From: the human T2T-CHM13v2.0 reference genome, Homo sapiens
Strand: one strand, 5' to 3'
Assembly: GCF_009914755.1 (NCBI RefSeq)
Contig: NC_060944.1
DNA length: 64,000 nt
A program made the position numbers and the translations under genes. Positions 1-12,860 of this stretch are shown here, piece by piece (the first letter of the stretch is position 1; the number at the start of each line of letters is the position of its first letter). The notes beneath the pieces were generated by a model. The model had not been told where the DNA came from, searched no databases, and saw nothing but the letters and a program-made list of their open reading frames with translations.

Positions 1-204
1 GGTCATGGGGCAGCAGTGAAGCCAGAATTCAACTGCAGGGCTGTGTAACTCTGACATCCAGCATGTAACCACATCTCAATCCCTGAAATGATTTAAGCAA
101 AAGGAAGCAAATGAGAAGAAATGTGTGCTCTTTATAGTTTTATGCATCATGTGTGGGTTTGCCTCTGAGATGTGTCAAGGCCCTGTTGAAACAGTCTTGT
201 GAGA

Positions 205-945
205 TGTTGCTTCCGAAAGACGTAGAAGCACAGCTGTGTGTTGATAATAGTCCCAAACTGGTAACACTTGGGTGTTCATCAGCAGGTAAATTGATACACA
301 ATTGTTAGTGAAGCTGCTCAGGGGAATTCTAGGAGCAATTAAGAGTGAACGCACATCCTATGATGTGCAAATCTCAAAAACATTGCACAGCATAAAAGCA
401 GCTTTACATAAAACAGTATATTCTGTCTGATTTGAATTATACGACGTCATTAAACAGGCTAAATAATCCATGATGGGGGGAAATCAGAACAGTGGTTGCC
501 TCTAGCTGGGGAGAAGGTAAAATTGAGAAGGGGGATGGGGAAACTTCCTAGGGTGATGGTCCGGGTCCTTATCTTGACAGGGTGTTGATTACACAGATGT
601 CTGCATTTGTCAAAACTCATGGAATGACACACTTAAAATTTGTACATTTAATTGTGTGTAAATCTTATCTCAAAAGAAAAACATAACAAATATCGGCCTC
701 TAGTTAATGACATGGGTTGACATGTTTAGAGGGATGTGTACTGATGCCTACAACTTACTCAAATGCATCACAAATAAGCTGTATTGATGGCTGGGTGGAT
801 GGAAAGTTGTGACAGAAGTCAAGTGACATATTAAAAGTGTAGAATCTAGATGGTGTTCGAATCTAAGCGGTAGAATTCTACCTAGGTAGAATCCACACAG
901 CTGTTCACCGTTTGTAAATTTTTCTAGCAAAATATTAGGAAAAAG
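205..945 (+). mobile_element. Old L1 (L1MC/ME-type) 3' end fragment
   Basis: Typical L1M 3' UTR phrases: aaatcagaacagtggttgcctct, tgcatttgtcaaaactcat, gtagaatctagatggtg. Confidence 0.7.
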
Positions 946-1214
946 ACTTTGCTTATGGAGTCCAGGCTCTTTTCTCTGTGAAGCTGCATTTCCCCAAATG
1001 TCGGGGAGACCCACCTGCCCTGTTAAGGACCAGCGGTGATCTCAATCTGACACTGCCACAGTGAATGCCACAGGTGTTCTGTGCCAGTCAGTGATTCACC
1101 CTTGTCACAGTTGGGGAATAGTGAAAGGAAGCCTTGAGGGGAGCAGTGGAGGTGGCCACGGCCCACCTGCCCAGCAGACTGATGCCCACCACTATCCTCT
1201 CTGGAGACAAGTTT

Positions 1215-1422
1215 GGAATAAGAGCATGATTCTGAGGAGTCAGACAGACTTCAGTTTCATTCCTGGTTCTGACAGCTGCTTGCTTTGTGACCTTAAGCAA
1301 TTTGTTGAAATACATCTGAGCTTCTATTTATCCATCTGTGAAATGGGCACAACGCATAGTGGCTGGCACAGGATGGAGGACGGTCCTTAGCACAATGCTA
1401 GGCCCACAGAATATGCTCAAGC
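1215..1422. mobile_element. MIR SINE
   Basis: MIR core: ttcctggttctgacagctgcttgctttgtgaccttaagcaa...ctgagcttc...catctgtgaaatggg. Confidence 0.7.
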
Positions 1423-1425
1423 ACA

Positions 1426-1692
1426 TTTCCTAGAAACTGAAGGGCCTGTACAGGCCAAAAGGCCTGTAGCCCAAAAGCAGGGTTTGACTGTGGCCATCTC
1501 TAAGAAAGAAATGTAGTCAGATGATTCAAAGGAAAATGGGTAAAAGAAAAAAACCAAAGCTGCAAGTTTAAAAAGTCAATGCTCAGGAATGATGAGAGGA
1601 AAGTGGTCTTGGAACACACAGGGGTGACCACTCCTTCATGATGTGTGTGTGTTTTGATAGAGGTCGGTATAATTAGAGATATTCATGATCCC
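1426..1692 (+). repeat. Copy 1 of a ~265-bp dispersed direct duplication
   Basis: About 92% identical (manual alignment) to 5665-5927. Confidence 0.95.
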
Positions 1693-2180
1693 CAAAGGCC
1701 TCCTTATGGGGTAGGGGCTTAAAGACATTTTCCCTACTCTTGGCCCTTCCCCACTCACCCTCCCTCTGACCCCAGGGCCCATAAAGCTACTGGAGCCTTG
1801 TGTTTGGGGCTCAGTCAATAGTGAAAGGACCCCAACAACCTGACCCTGTATTGGTGCACTACAGTTCCATGGGCAAAGAGAAACAAGAGGGGTCAGCATT
1901 TTCTCTGGTTGAGACTATTGCTTGTACCATCGCAATAAGTGATTAAAGGCTTTACCAGTACTTTCATTTTGGCTCATTGTTGCTTTAATTGGCTACTCCA
2001 ACACCTGACAGCTCAGCTCTCTCTCTCTCCTGCTCAGCTGAACTCCTGATACTCAACAGAGGAATTAAGATGCAATAGTAAAATATACATAAAATTTAAG
2101 ACAGCTATTCTGCAGAAGACTCTCCAGAGACAATGAAAAGACCAGCCACAGACTGGAAGAAAATATTTGTGAAATATATA

Positions 2181-2510
2181 CAGTCTCAGATGGGGATACC
2201 ATCTGAGAAATACATCGTTAGGCAATGTCATTGTGTGAACATCATAGAGTACTTACACAAGCATGGATGGCATAGCCTACTACACACCTAGGCTATGTGG
2301 TATGGCCTATTGCTCCTAAGTTACGAACCTGTACAGCATGTTACTCTACTGATCAGTAGAGGCAATTGTAACACAATGGTAAGTATTCATATATCTTAAC
2401 ATCTGAACATAGAAAAAGTATAGTAAAAATACAGTATTATAATCTTATGGGATCATCTTCATATACATGGTTTGTCATTGATTGAAATGTCATTATGCAG
2501 TGCATGACTT
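2181..2510 (+). mobile_element. Tigger3a (MER7-type TcMar-Tigger) DNA transposon
   Basis: cagtc...ctgagaaa...gcctactacacacctaggctat...tgcatgact, flanked by TA on both sides. The L1 sequence is continuous across it (aaatatata|tctgatgaagggctaatatcc). Confidence 0.85.
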
Positions 2511-3457
2511 TATCTGATGAAGGGCTAATATCCAAAATATACAAAGAAACCCTAAAACTCAACAATAAAAAAAACCCATATAAAAATGGGCCAAGGATTT
2601 AAATGAACACCTCTCCAAAAAAGAGGCACAGGTGGCAAAGAAGTATTGAAGAGATGCTCAATAGCACATGTCATTAGGGAATTGCAAATTAAAACAGCAA
2701 TGAGATATCACTACATACCTAATAGAATGGCTAAAATCCAGAACACTGACAATTCCAAATGTTGGCAAGGTTGTAGAGCAGCAGGAACTCATTCATTGCT
2801 GGTGGGAATGCAAAATGATAAACGCTTTGGAAGATGGTCTGGCAGTTTCCTACAAATCTAAACATACTCTTACCATCCAGAAATTGCACTCTTAGGTATT
2901 TACTCAAATGAGTAGAAAAATTATATCCATAAAAACATCTGCACATGAATATTTATAGCAGCTTTACTCATAATTGCCGAATTTTGGAAGCAACCAAGAT
3001 GTCCTTTGCTAGGTGAATGGATAAATAAACAGTGCTCTATTCAGACAATGCAATATTATTCAGCACAAAAAAGAAATGAGCTATCAAACCATGAAAATGT
3101 TTAGAAGAAACCTAAATGCATATTATTAAGTGAAAGAAGCCAATCTGAAAAGGCTACATATTCTATGATTCCAACTATATGACACTCTAGAAAAGGTAAA
3201 ACTATGGAGACAGTGAAAAGATCATGGTTTCCAGGAGTTGGGAGGGAAGAAGAGGCAGAGCACAGAGGATTTTTAGGGCAGAGAAACGATTCTGCATGAC
3301 ACTGTGACAGTGGAACACATCATTAGTCATTACATGTTTGTCAAAATCCATGAAATGTACAACAGTAAGAATAAACCCTAATGTAAACTTTGGGCTTTAG
3401 TTAATAATAATATGTCAATATTAGCTCATCAAGTTTAACAAATGTACCGCACCAACA

Positions 3458-4263
<806 letters not shown>

Positions 4264-4514
4264 ACTGCAAGTTGTTGAAACATCTTGCGGGATGGGATTG
4301 GAGGAGGCATATATGGGAATTTTCTGTACTTTCTACCTAATTCATCTGTAGACCTAACGTTTCTCAAAAATGAAATTATAATAATTTAAAAAGGATACTT
4401 GAATAACCCCAAAGAAAACAGGAAAAGAGAACTGAAAGGAAGGGAAGGAGGAGGAGGTGGAGGAGGAAGGTAGGAAAGGTAGAAAAAGAACCGAATAACA
4501 GGCCTAACCCCAAT

Positions 4515-4775
4515 AAATGCTGATTCTATCTACGAATACTTCTAAAACAGGCCAAACAAATCTGTGGTGATAGACAGCAGAACAGTGTTTGTCTATGGGG
4601 TGGAACTTGATTGCAAGGAGCATAGGAAACTTACTAGGGGTGATGGATAGTTACACATCTTGACCAAAGTGATGGTTACAATGGTATATACATTTATCAA
4701 AATGCATTAAATTGTACAGTTGGGATTCGTACCTTTCTCTGCATATAAATCTTACTTCAACTTTTTAAAAAGGAT
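4515..4775 (+). mobile_element. Old L1 (L1ME-like) 3' end fragment
   Basis: ttctaaaacaggccaaacaaatctgtggtgatagacagcagaacagtg...catttatcaaaatgcattaaattgtac. Confidence 0.65.
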
Positions 4776-5664
4776 TAAAAATGCTTCCTTGGTGAGCGGG
4801 ACTTCTGTGTGAGGCCTGTAGGCACAGCAGCCATGCTGTAGGCACGAGGATGCAAGCCACATGCTCGCTGGTGCGGAGGACCAAAAGAAGAAATGCAGCC
4901 GAAAGCAGCTGCAGCAGCCCTGGCTTTCCCACCTCTGAATTTCTTGTCATGAGAGAAAAATAAGCATTATGTTAACCAGGCTTTAATATGCACAGGCAAA
5001 TTTACTGCTAAATATTATAAGTTTATTAACATATTTAGATATAAGCAGGACCAGAATAACATACCTAGAACAGATACTGATTTTCTTGCATTCATGTAAT
5101 AATCATTTAAAATTCATATCTGCTTTACGCGAATAGATATAAACATAGAGCTAAGTGCTCCTACAAGATGAATTTTTAGTAGGCTAAACAGCACAGCTAA
5201 AGTCTCTTATGAACCTCATTTCCCCAACATATCTTTCATCTCTCTCTCTTTTTGGTTTGTTTCTTGTTTGTTAAGCTAATGGGTGTATTAATTCCATCCC
5301 AATGTGACTCCAAATTTTGAAATTATAAGGCCCAAATGAATTATTTTTTCTTTGCTCAAATAGGATACATACCTCATCTGAAGACAATTCAACATATAAC
5401 AAAAGTTAATGAACGGCATTTCACTGCAGTCACAAACCCATTAAGCATCAAATCCAGGCGCTGTGAACATCAAAGAAGTCAAACTGGGCAACTGGTCTCT
5501 CCTGTGCAATGGGAAAACCTCCTAATGAAGGGCCATGACTTTATTGTTGACACCGATTCCACTTCAAACTTGGCGTCTGCAATCTCTGCCAGAAGATTTT
5601 CCGAGGTTGTTTTTAAGTCATAAAGTTAAATAACATGAAATGTTGTCTCCATAGTAAAAGATGC

Positions 5665-5927
5665 TTTCCTAAAACTGAAGGGCCTCTAGCCAAAAGACCT
5701 ACAGCCAAAAAGCAGGGTTTGGCTGTGGCCATCTCTAAGAAAGAAATGTAGTCAGATGATTCAAAGGAAAATGGGTAAACAAAAAAAAACAAAGCTGCAA
5801 GTTTAAAAAGTCAATACTCAGGATTGATGAAAGGAAAGTGGCCTTGGAACACACAGAGGTGACCGCTCCTTCATGATGTGTGTGTGTTTTGATGGAGGCC
5901 AGTATAATTAGGGATATTCATGATCCC
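5665..5927 (+). repeat. Copy 2 of the ~265-bp dispersed direct duplication
   Basis: Shares tttcct...aaactgaagggcc through gatattcatgatccc with 1426-1692. Confidence 0.95.
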
Positions 5928-6199
5928 TGTGGTGCTTTGGTGGGAGGTGGAGGAGGACAGTCAGAGACAGATGTCTTCCCAGTCTCCAGTGCTGAGCAGA
6001 GGATTTGGTAAAGCAACCGGCAGTGGATAAAGTGTAGAAAGTACAAAACTAACTCCAGCCCACAATAGTCATTCACTTTTTGATACCACTGAAATGACGA
6101 AGTCAAAAGCAATCATGTTTCCCACTTCTAGAAAAATATTCAGGTCACAATTTGTAAATCTTTTGTTTAATTTATAACAATGATTAGCAGCATTTAAAA

Positions 6200-6860
6200 A
6201 TCAACTTTATTGAGGTTTAATTTGCATACAATAAAATGTACCCATTTTCTGTGTGGTCTAAGGAGTTTTGACAAATGCAAACGCCCATGTAACCAACACC
6301 CAATCAAGACACAAGTATTTCCTTCATTCCACGAAGGTCCCTCAAGGTCTTTTGCTCCCAACCCTCACCCCCACTCTCACATAACCATTGAACTACCATC
6401 CATCACTGCGGATTAGTTTTACCTCTTCTAGAATGTCATAGAAATGGAATCAGGCAGTGTCCAGCTAATTTTGTTCCTTTGTGTCTGGCTTTCTTGCTCA
6501 TTGTGTATTTCAGACGCCTGCTCCTTTTCCTTGATAAGGGATATCCCATTGTGTGCATGACCCACAGTCTTCACCCAGCTACCTAATGATGAATGTCTGG
6601 GTTCTTTCCAGATCGAAGCTGTATAAATAAACCTTGTGAATATCTATGGCCAAGACAATGTAGATCATGGCTTCATTCCCTTAAATAAATATCTAAGAGC
6701 AGAATTGTCAGGTTGTACGTTAAGTGTATGTTTAACTTTCTAAGAAAGAAACCATCTGTTTTTAAAGAAGTTATACCGTTTACATTTCTATTACCGTGTG
6801 CAAGAGTTCCAGTTGGGAAGTAGCCTCTGAGCAGGTCGGGACCATGGGGCGATTTGCACA
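6200..6860 (-). mobile_element. Old L1 3' fragment, antisense
   Basis: caactttattgaggtttaattt...aaatggaatc...ggttgtacgttaagtgtatgtttaactttctaagaaa. Confidence 0.75.
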
Positions 6861-7042
6861 TTCCCACTTCCCTTCCTCTCCTACTGCATTCAAACACATT
6901 GCTCTCACCAAGGCAGACTGGGGATAGCCACGTGGGGGGACTGTGAGGGTGCGTTCCCTGGGATCTGCCCTCAGAGCAGGCAAGGCAGGTCTCAGGATGC
7001 ACAATCTTTCTGATCAGAGGGCTTTTGAGTAGTTCTACCCCA

Positions 7043-7047
7043 GTGTG

Positions 7048-7084
<37 letters not shown>
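7043..7084. repeat. (TG)n microsatellite, ~20 units, one interruption
   Basis: Direct reading. Confidence 0.95.
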
Positions 7085-7087
<3 letters not shown>

Positions 7088-8751
7088 GGGGGTACATACA
7101 CAAGCCCAAGTAAGTTTGTTTGAACATATTATTAAAAATACCCATATTGCTTAACACTCTGCTTTTCCTATCTGAAACTGGCTGAGAGGCCCACTCATCT
7201 CCCCACTCTTTGCTGGTTGACACTTTTTCAATTGCAGTTCCTATTCATGTCTAATGGGAGGCAGGGAAGCCTAGTGATTAAGAGTGAGAGTGTAAGATTT
7301 CATTCATCTAATTCACCACTCATCTTCTCTCTGCCTCAATTTCCTTAACTATAAAATGGAGATATTAATACTACCTATTTCTCAATAGCAAATACTATTT
7401 TCCCATTTGGTACATAGTAAAAGGTCAGTGATTTTTTTCCTCTTCATTGCTTTAATAACATATGTGGTATAAAATAACATATCCGGGGTCTTGTATTTAA
7501 AAAATCTTTTGAGGCTTGACTGTGAGCAAGGCACAATACAGATGTACCCGTTGCTCTTGAGTGCCTTACAGTCTCTCAGGAAGACACAAGTCATGTAGCC
7601 ACTGACCTATCATGCAAGGAATAAAGTGATAAAAGCCAGCAGAAAACTCCTGAGAGAGAAATCCATCCCCATGGATACAGCTCCTCCTGGGGAAATGGAG
7701 GCATGACCTCTAGAGGCAGGGAGGACTGTCTGCACTGAGTTTAGAGGACAGCTGTGTGCTGGAGGCTGCCAGTGCTCAACAAATCGTGCTTGCACTTTTC
7801 ACTGTGCTCAGGTGAAGTACACCTGCCAGGGCCTGCATCTGTACCTGAAGGTTTCCCCATCCTAAGTGTGGAAGGCCACTTTGCCCACATGTGTGGTCAT
7901 CTGGAAGTGCTGGGAATTACCCGCCACCTCCACCCAGGGCAGCCCTCTACTCATTACCAATGGGTATCTACACACCACTCCCTTGGCTTTCAGATGTGAT
8001 GACCCTGGCATGTTTTGCACCATTTCCCAGGATTTCTACAGTGATGTCACCACTTGATGCCATTACCACTGTTCCCTGTGCTTCCCAGTGAACCACAGGA
8101 TGGTGAGTCCTTCTCTCAGGCTCTGTTTCTGGGAGCTGGAGTGCAAAGAGCCCCAGACCAGCTGGATATGGCGGCCACAATTCAGAGCAGCAATAGTGAA
8201 GACTTGAGTGCAGGCCGTGCCATGAGCTGGAGACAGGGGACAGGTGGCAGATGGTGGAGGAAGAGGCCCTGGACAGCATCGAGGCTCACACAGGCCCACC
8301 AGGAGGGTGTGCTAGCCCACCCTACCTGGTACACTGCTCCAACCCCCAGCTCAGTCATGCATTCCACATGTGTTTACTGAGCACCACAGTATGCCAGGCC
8401 CTGGTCTAGAGGCCTAGGGTATATCAGAAACCAAAAGACAAAAAAGTGCCCCTGTTGGCTCTTACATTCTAGTAAATAAATACAGATACTAAATAATCAA
8501 TCATAGTGTACAAACAGAAATCATAAACCAGGGTGGAAGGTGATTGGTGTTTTGGAAAAACAGTAGAGCAGAGCAAGGATCGCTGGGAGTGCTGGAGAGA
8601 AGGCCCAGCCTTATAGCCCACTGGGAGAAGATAGGTACAAAGTGAGGAAGGAAAGAACCATCTAAAATTGTTTCCAAAATAAGAGAGTCAAGACAATGAA
8701 CAAGAAGGTATACTAACAAGAATAAGAGAAGATCACTCAAGACCAAATGAA

Positions 8752-8918
8752 GCAGCGGTTCTCCAAGGGCGGTTCCTGGACCAGCAGCATCAGCAGAAAT
8801 GCAGTCTTGGGCTCCACCCCAGATCGGCCAAGTCAGAAGCTCTGAGGGAGGGGTTCCGTTTTAAGGAGCCCTGCAGGAGGTTCCAGAGGATTCAGACACA
8901 TGCTCAGGTTCAAATACA
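8752..8918. mobile_element. MER5A (hAT-Charlie) inserted in the L1 fossil
   Basis: cagcggttctcc...ggaccagcagcatcagcagaaatgcag...ccaccccaga...tcagaagctctg. Confidence 0.75.
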
Positions 8919-9074
8919 GCTAGAAGGAAATGCCCTCCTGTGCTGGGAAGAGCTCACCTAGTGCAGGCGGGACCAGAAAGGAACCACACCTGCAACCTGA
9001 AGCGAAACCTCAGAACTCAACAGAGAATAAGAAAATTGCCAAAGCACTCGGGGAAAAATGGAAAAGAAAAAGAA

Positions 9075-9343
9075 GGCCGGGCGAATCCCAGCACTTTGGG
9101 AGGCCGAGGTGGGTGGATCATGAGGTCAGGAGTTCGAGACCAGCCTGACCAATGTGGTGAAACCCCGTCTCTACTAAAAATACAAAAAAAAATTAGTCGG
9201 GCATGGTGGCGTGTGCCTGTAATCCCAGCTACTCAGGAGGGCTGAGGCAGGAGAATCGCTTCAACCCGGGAGACGGAGGTTGCAGTGAGCCGAGATCACA
9301 CCACTGCACTCCAGCCTGGGTGACAGAGCGAGACTCTATCTCA

Positions 9344-9365
<22 letters not shown>
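9075..9365 (+). mobile_element. AluS (Sg-like) with a 17-nt deletion in the left-arm A-box region
   Basis: ggccgggcg^aatcccagc lacks cggtggctcacgcctgt; otherwise a full dimer with poly(A). Confidence 0.92.
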
Positions 9366-9375
<10 letters not shown>

Positions 9376-10949
9376 GAAATGGTCCATGAAAGAAAACACA
9401 TTATTTGACATCAGCCTTCTCATCAGTAACAACGTATGCAAGAAAGCAAAGGCTGGATATCTCCAGAGTTCTACAGGACAACAGTTTAGAGCCTAGAAAT
9501 CTATGTCTAGGTGAGGCATCATTCAACTTGCGGAAGGGAAAGGCATTTCTGGTCATGCAAGCATGACCTTCTCAGAAAAAGACACAACTCAAAACAAAAC
9601 ACTCCCGTGATAACTGAATCCAACAGTACTGGGAATCAGAGGTGAAGATGAGAAAAAATCAACAAAAACTCATGGCATCCAAGTAGGTTTTGGTTGTAAA
9701 AATGTATAACAATAAAAAAATAAAATTCAGATGCAATCCAGGTGGGCAGTGGTGTGGGAATCTGGGTAACCTGAGAGGACAGGAAATAGAAATAACAGAT
9801 TGCTGGGTATTTTGGGGAATAGAGGGAGGAGATAGCTATTAATTAACACAAGAGATTAATAGAAGATATAGGCTTTAGTATGTGAGGTGAAAAAGTAAGA
9901 CTATTTGAAGAATACAAATAGTCTATATCAATTCCAAAATATTAAGGGAAAAAGTAGATCAAAGAAAACTTAATCAATCTAATAATTGACGAGAGAGAGG
10001 CTAGAAATCCCAATGAATCATTATAAATGGAACATATAAAATAAGTCAGTACAAATTTATTAGTAACCTTAATGAATGTGAATAGATTGAATTCTCCCAT
10101 TAAAAGACAAAGACTTTTGATTGAATAAAAGAAAAAAAAAGTGAAATCCAGCTTTGTTGTTTACAAGAGACAAACATGAAGTGTCACCAGAAGGCTGAAT
10201 TTAGGGAAAAAATACCAGATATTCATCAGATGCAGCAGAATGAATCGGGTATATCAGTTGTAAAGTCATATATAATATAATTTGAAGTGAAAAGGTTCAA
10301 AAAGGTATATTTTTTATTGGTGAAGGACGAAATCTGCCAAACACATATTAGTCCCTTCACCACGCGGCTGTAAATAGAAGACAAAACTGGTGGAAATCCG
10401 AGGAGAAGCTGACGAAGCCACAGCCATGGGGGATGAGGGCCTGGATGGAGGCCAGGGCATGAGGACTTGCAGGACGGATGAGAAGGAAAGCAGACAAGGG
10501 CGTGACACCCCGACAAACACACGCGGGACAGGAGGCAGCGATTTCAACAATGAAGTAAAACATTTGTGATATAACGTTTTTGGGAAAGCCAGACCCTGGA
10601 GAAAGAAGGTAGACGTCCCAATTATTTTCTTCCACCTCACAAATTTCATTATTTCATGATACTTGAACACAGTAGGAGCCCCACAGAGACAGGTCACAGG
10701 CTTGGCTTCAGATCTTACAATATGAACTATGTGGACAGGCGTAAGGCCAGTGGCAGAGGCAAGCAGGCTTTGCAGGAAGGTGACAGGAGGGTGCTGGGCC
10801 TCACCAAGGCCAGCAGAACGAAGTGGCCTGAAATTCGCACCGGCACGCCCTGAGAAACTCAGCCCTTCCTTCTCAGGCTCCAAGCCCAGCTTTGTGAGAC
10901 CTGATTGTGACCACCACACCTGGGACATTCCTCTACCCCCTTTTGTGTT

Positions 10950-11150
10950 CTCTCTCTCTCTTCTCTCCCTCATCTCTCCTTCCTTCTCTTTCCCATTTAT
11001 TCATTCCCTCCCTACCATTCATTCCTTCCCATTCATTCCCTTCTTTCCTCCCTCCCTCCTTCCCTCTCCCTCCCTCCTCCCTCTCCCTCCCTTCCTCCCT
11101 CTCCCTCCCTTCCTCCCTTCCTCTTTTCCTCCCTTCCATCCTTTCTTCCA
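10950..11150. repeat. Polypyrimidine/polypurine low-complexity tract
   Basis: Nearly pure C/T on +, with internal ~18-nt ctccctctccctcccttc-like repeats. Confidence 0.9.
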
Positions 11151-11957
11151 CTCAGTTGAATTCTATGAACCAATTTTAACCACAAGAGAACATCATCATC
11201 CAAGTTAATCACGACAAACCTCAAATAGAACCCAACTACCAGAACTCAGAGAGGGACAACCGCTCATGGAGAGTTTGGTGGTGGTTCTCCTGGGGACTCA
11301 GGAGAGGGCCTGTGCCTGAGCTGCATGCTGAGCACCCTTAAGTCAATCACAGTTCCGGAAAAATGATTGCACTTGATCTATACCTTTTACTCTCTCTGCC
11401 TCTTTCTTCACTTTTTCACTGTTGAGCTGTTCATAATTTCCTCTGAAAAGGGAGAGTTAGGAGGCATTCAGAGGATCTGAAGGGTAAACCCATTAGTCAT
11501 TCTGTTTCTAAGCACCTGTAATGTCAAATATAATTCAGGGAAAGGCTGACTCCGACTTCTCTGGTTTTCAAGTTTATCATCTCTGCTCTCTGTATCTCCT
11601 CTTGCTGAATATACACAAGAGTCAGCTGAGAACTTGATAGGCTCACTCAATGCATGTTCAATCCCACAGAAGGTACATAGTACATGTCTGAGTCTCTCAT
11701 TGTAATCTGCATTTTGTCTGATGATAGCAACACAAATGTACTCTGCATTGTGCAATAGATATGTGTGCAAATTAATTTTTCTTGGCAAATTATTTGTTTG
11801 CGAATGATTTACCTAGCATTTAAGAAATTTTAGTGAGATAGCAAAAGTCACCAAAAAATGTAACCATCACAAGTTGGTGTTTTCTTTCATAGGCTTTTCC
11901 TAAATTGAGAAACACTGGCCTCAGGTGTTCCAGTACGACACAGAAGGATGTTAGAAC

Positions 11958-12062
11958 TGTGTGTGCTTGTGGGTGTGTGTCTTGTGGGTGTGTGTTGTGT
12001 GTGTTTGTGGATGCATATCTCTGTGTCATGCATGTGTGTGTTTATGTGTGTGGGTGTGTGTG
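11958..12062. repeat. Degenerate (TG)n-rich tract
   Basis: Direct reading. Confidence 0.8.
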
Positions 12063-12809
12063 TTGGGGGAACAGCCATGGTTGTTCATATCGAGGAATAA
12101 TTTCCAAGTGTATGTTGTTAATGACTAGACTTCTAACAGGATCAGCTGCATTTAACCCTAAATAATGGATATTTATTGCAAGTGTCCTGTACCATTAGCA
12201 TAACAGAGCAGAACCCTTTGTTCTTCTTAAGTCCTGTGCCTTTGCCACAGCCTTTTGCACAATCTTAAAAGCAGGCTGACTTAGAATTGACCACCATCTG
12301 CTGTTCCTGACTTGGAATCACCATGAGATTTGTGCAGCCAAACAACCAGCGATCTGATCTGCCTGTCCAATTAGTTAAATAAACTGAAAGGGCTTTGCTG
12401 ACAAAGTAGTGATAAATGCTCCAATGATAATTATAGAACAGTGTTTTCACATCGCATCCATTGGACATGTTTAATTCTGCGCCAGGCATCACCCATGTAA
12501 TTTACAAGATGCAGAGAATTAAAGAGTGATGAGGGGGCCATGGATGAGTGGACTCAGCTGCCATGGACACTGGGCGCAGTGCAGCCCAGCCCTCTGTATT
12601 CCATGTCCCCAAGGGCAGCACGCTGAGGGGCAGGGTACACATTTGCTGAGGTAATGAAGGAAGGCAGAGCCCAGCGCCCCCTGTCGCCTCCAGCAGGTGC
12701 AGGTGCAGAAACTCAGCCACAAGGTACCTTCTTTTTAGCAACTCTTTGAAAGGGGAGATGGATAAATGTAATGACCTTGAAAGCAAGTTCTGCCAGGTAT
12801 TTCGAGTTG

Positions 12810-12860
12810 TCGTGAAATATATTAAAACAAGTTCACAATCAATGTGTTTAAGAGTTTATT
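12810..12860 (-). terminator. CD93: CD93 main polyadenylation signal with GU/U-rich downstream element
   Basis: tttatt at 12855-12860 (AATAAA on minus), followed on the minus strand by ...cacattgattgtgaacttgtttt. Confidence 0.8.

Larger units (their letters stand above)
8640..10650 (+). mobile_element. Ancient L1 fossil covering ORF1 3' half, inter-ORF region and ORF2 endonuclease N-terminus
   Basis: Decayed translations match L1 motifs: [16 protein letters not shown] ~ QNTKDKEKILKAAREK, then FSS..ARKQ and PRNLC (ORF1); NVNRLNSPIKRQRL, LQET, KLVEIRGEADEATAMGD (ORF2 EN). Confidence 0.75.

Noticed and set aside
8930-9148. ORF containing [12 protein letters not shown], resembling HMG-box helix 2
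   Set aside because: Flanking sequence on both sides translates as decayed L1 ORF1 (KEKILKAAREK region), and the ORF then runs into an Alu. Not an HMG pseudogene.
10314-11224. Several 60-219 aa ORFs rich in E/G/R or P/S/L/F
   Set aside because: They arise from the stop-poor C/T low-complexity tract and the L1 remnant.
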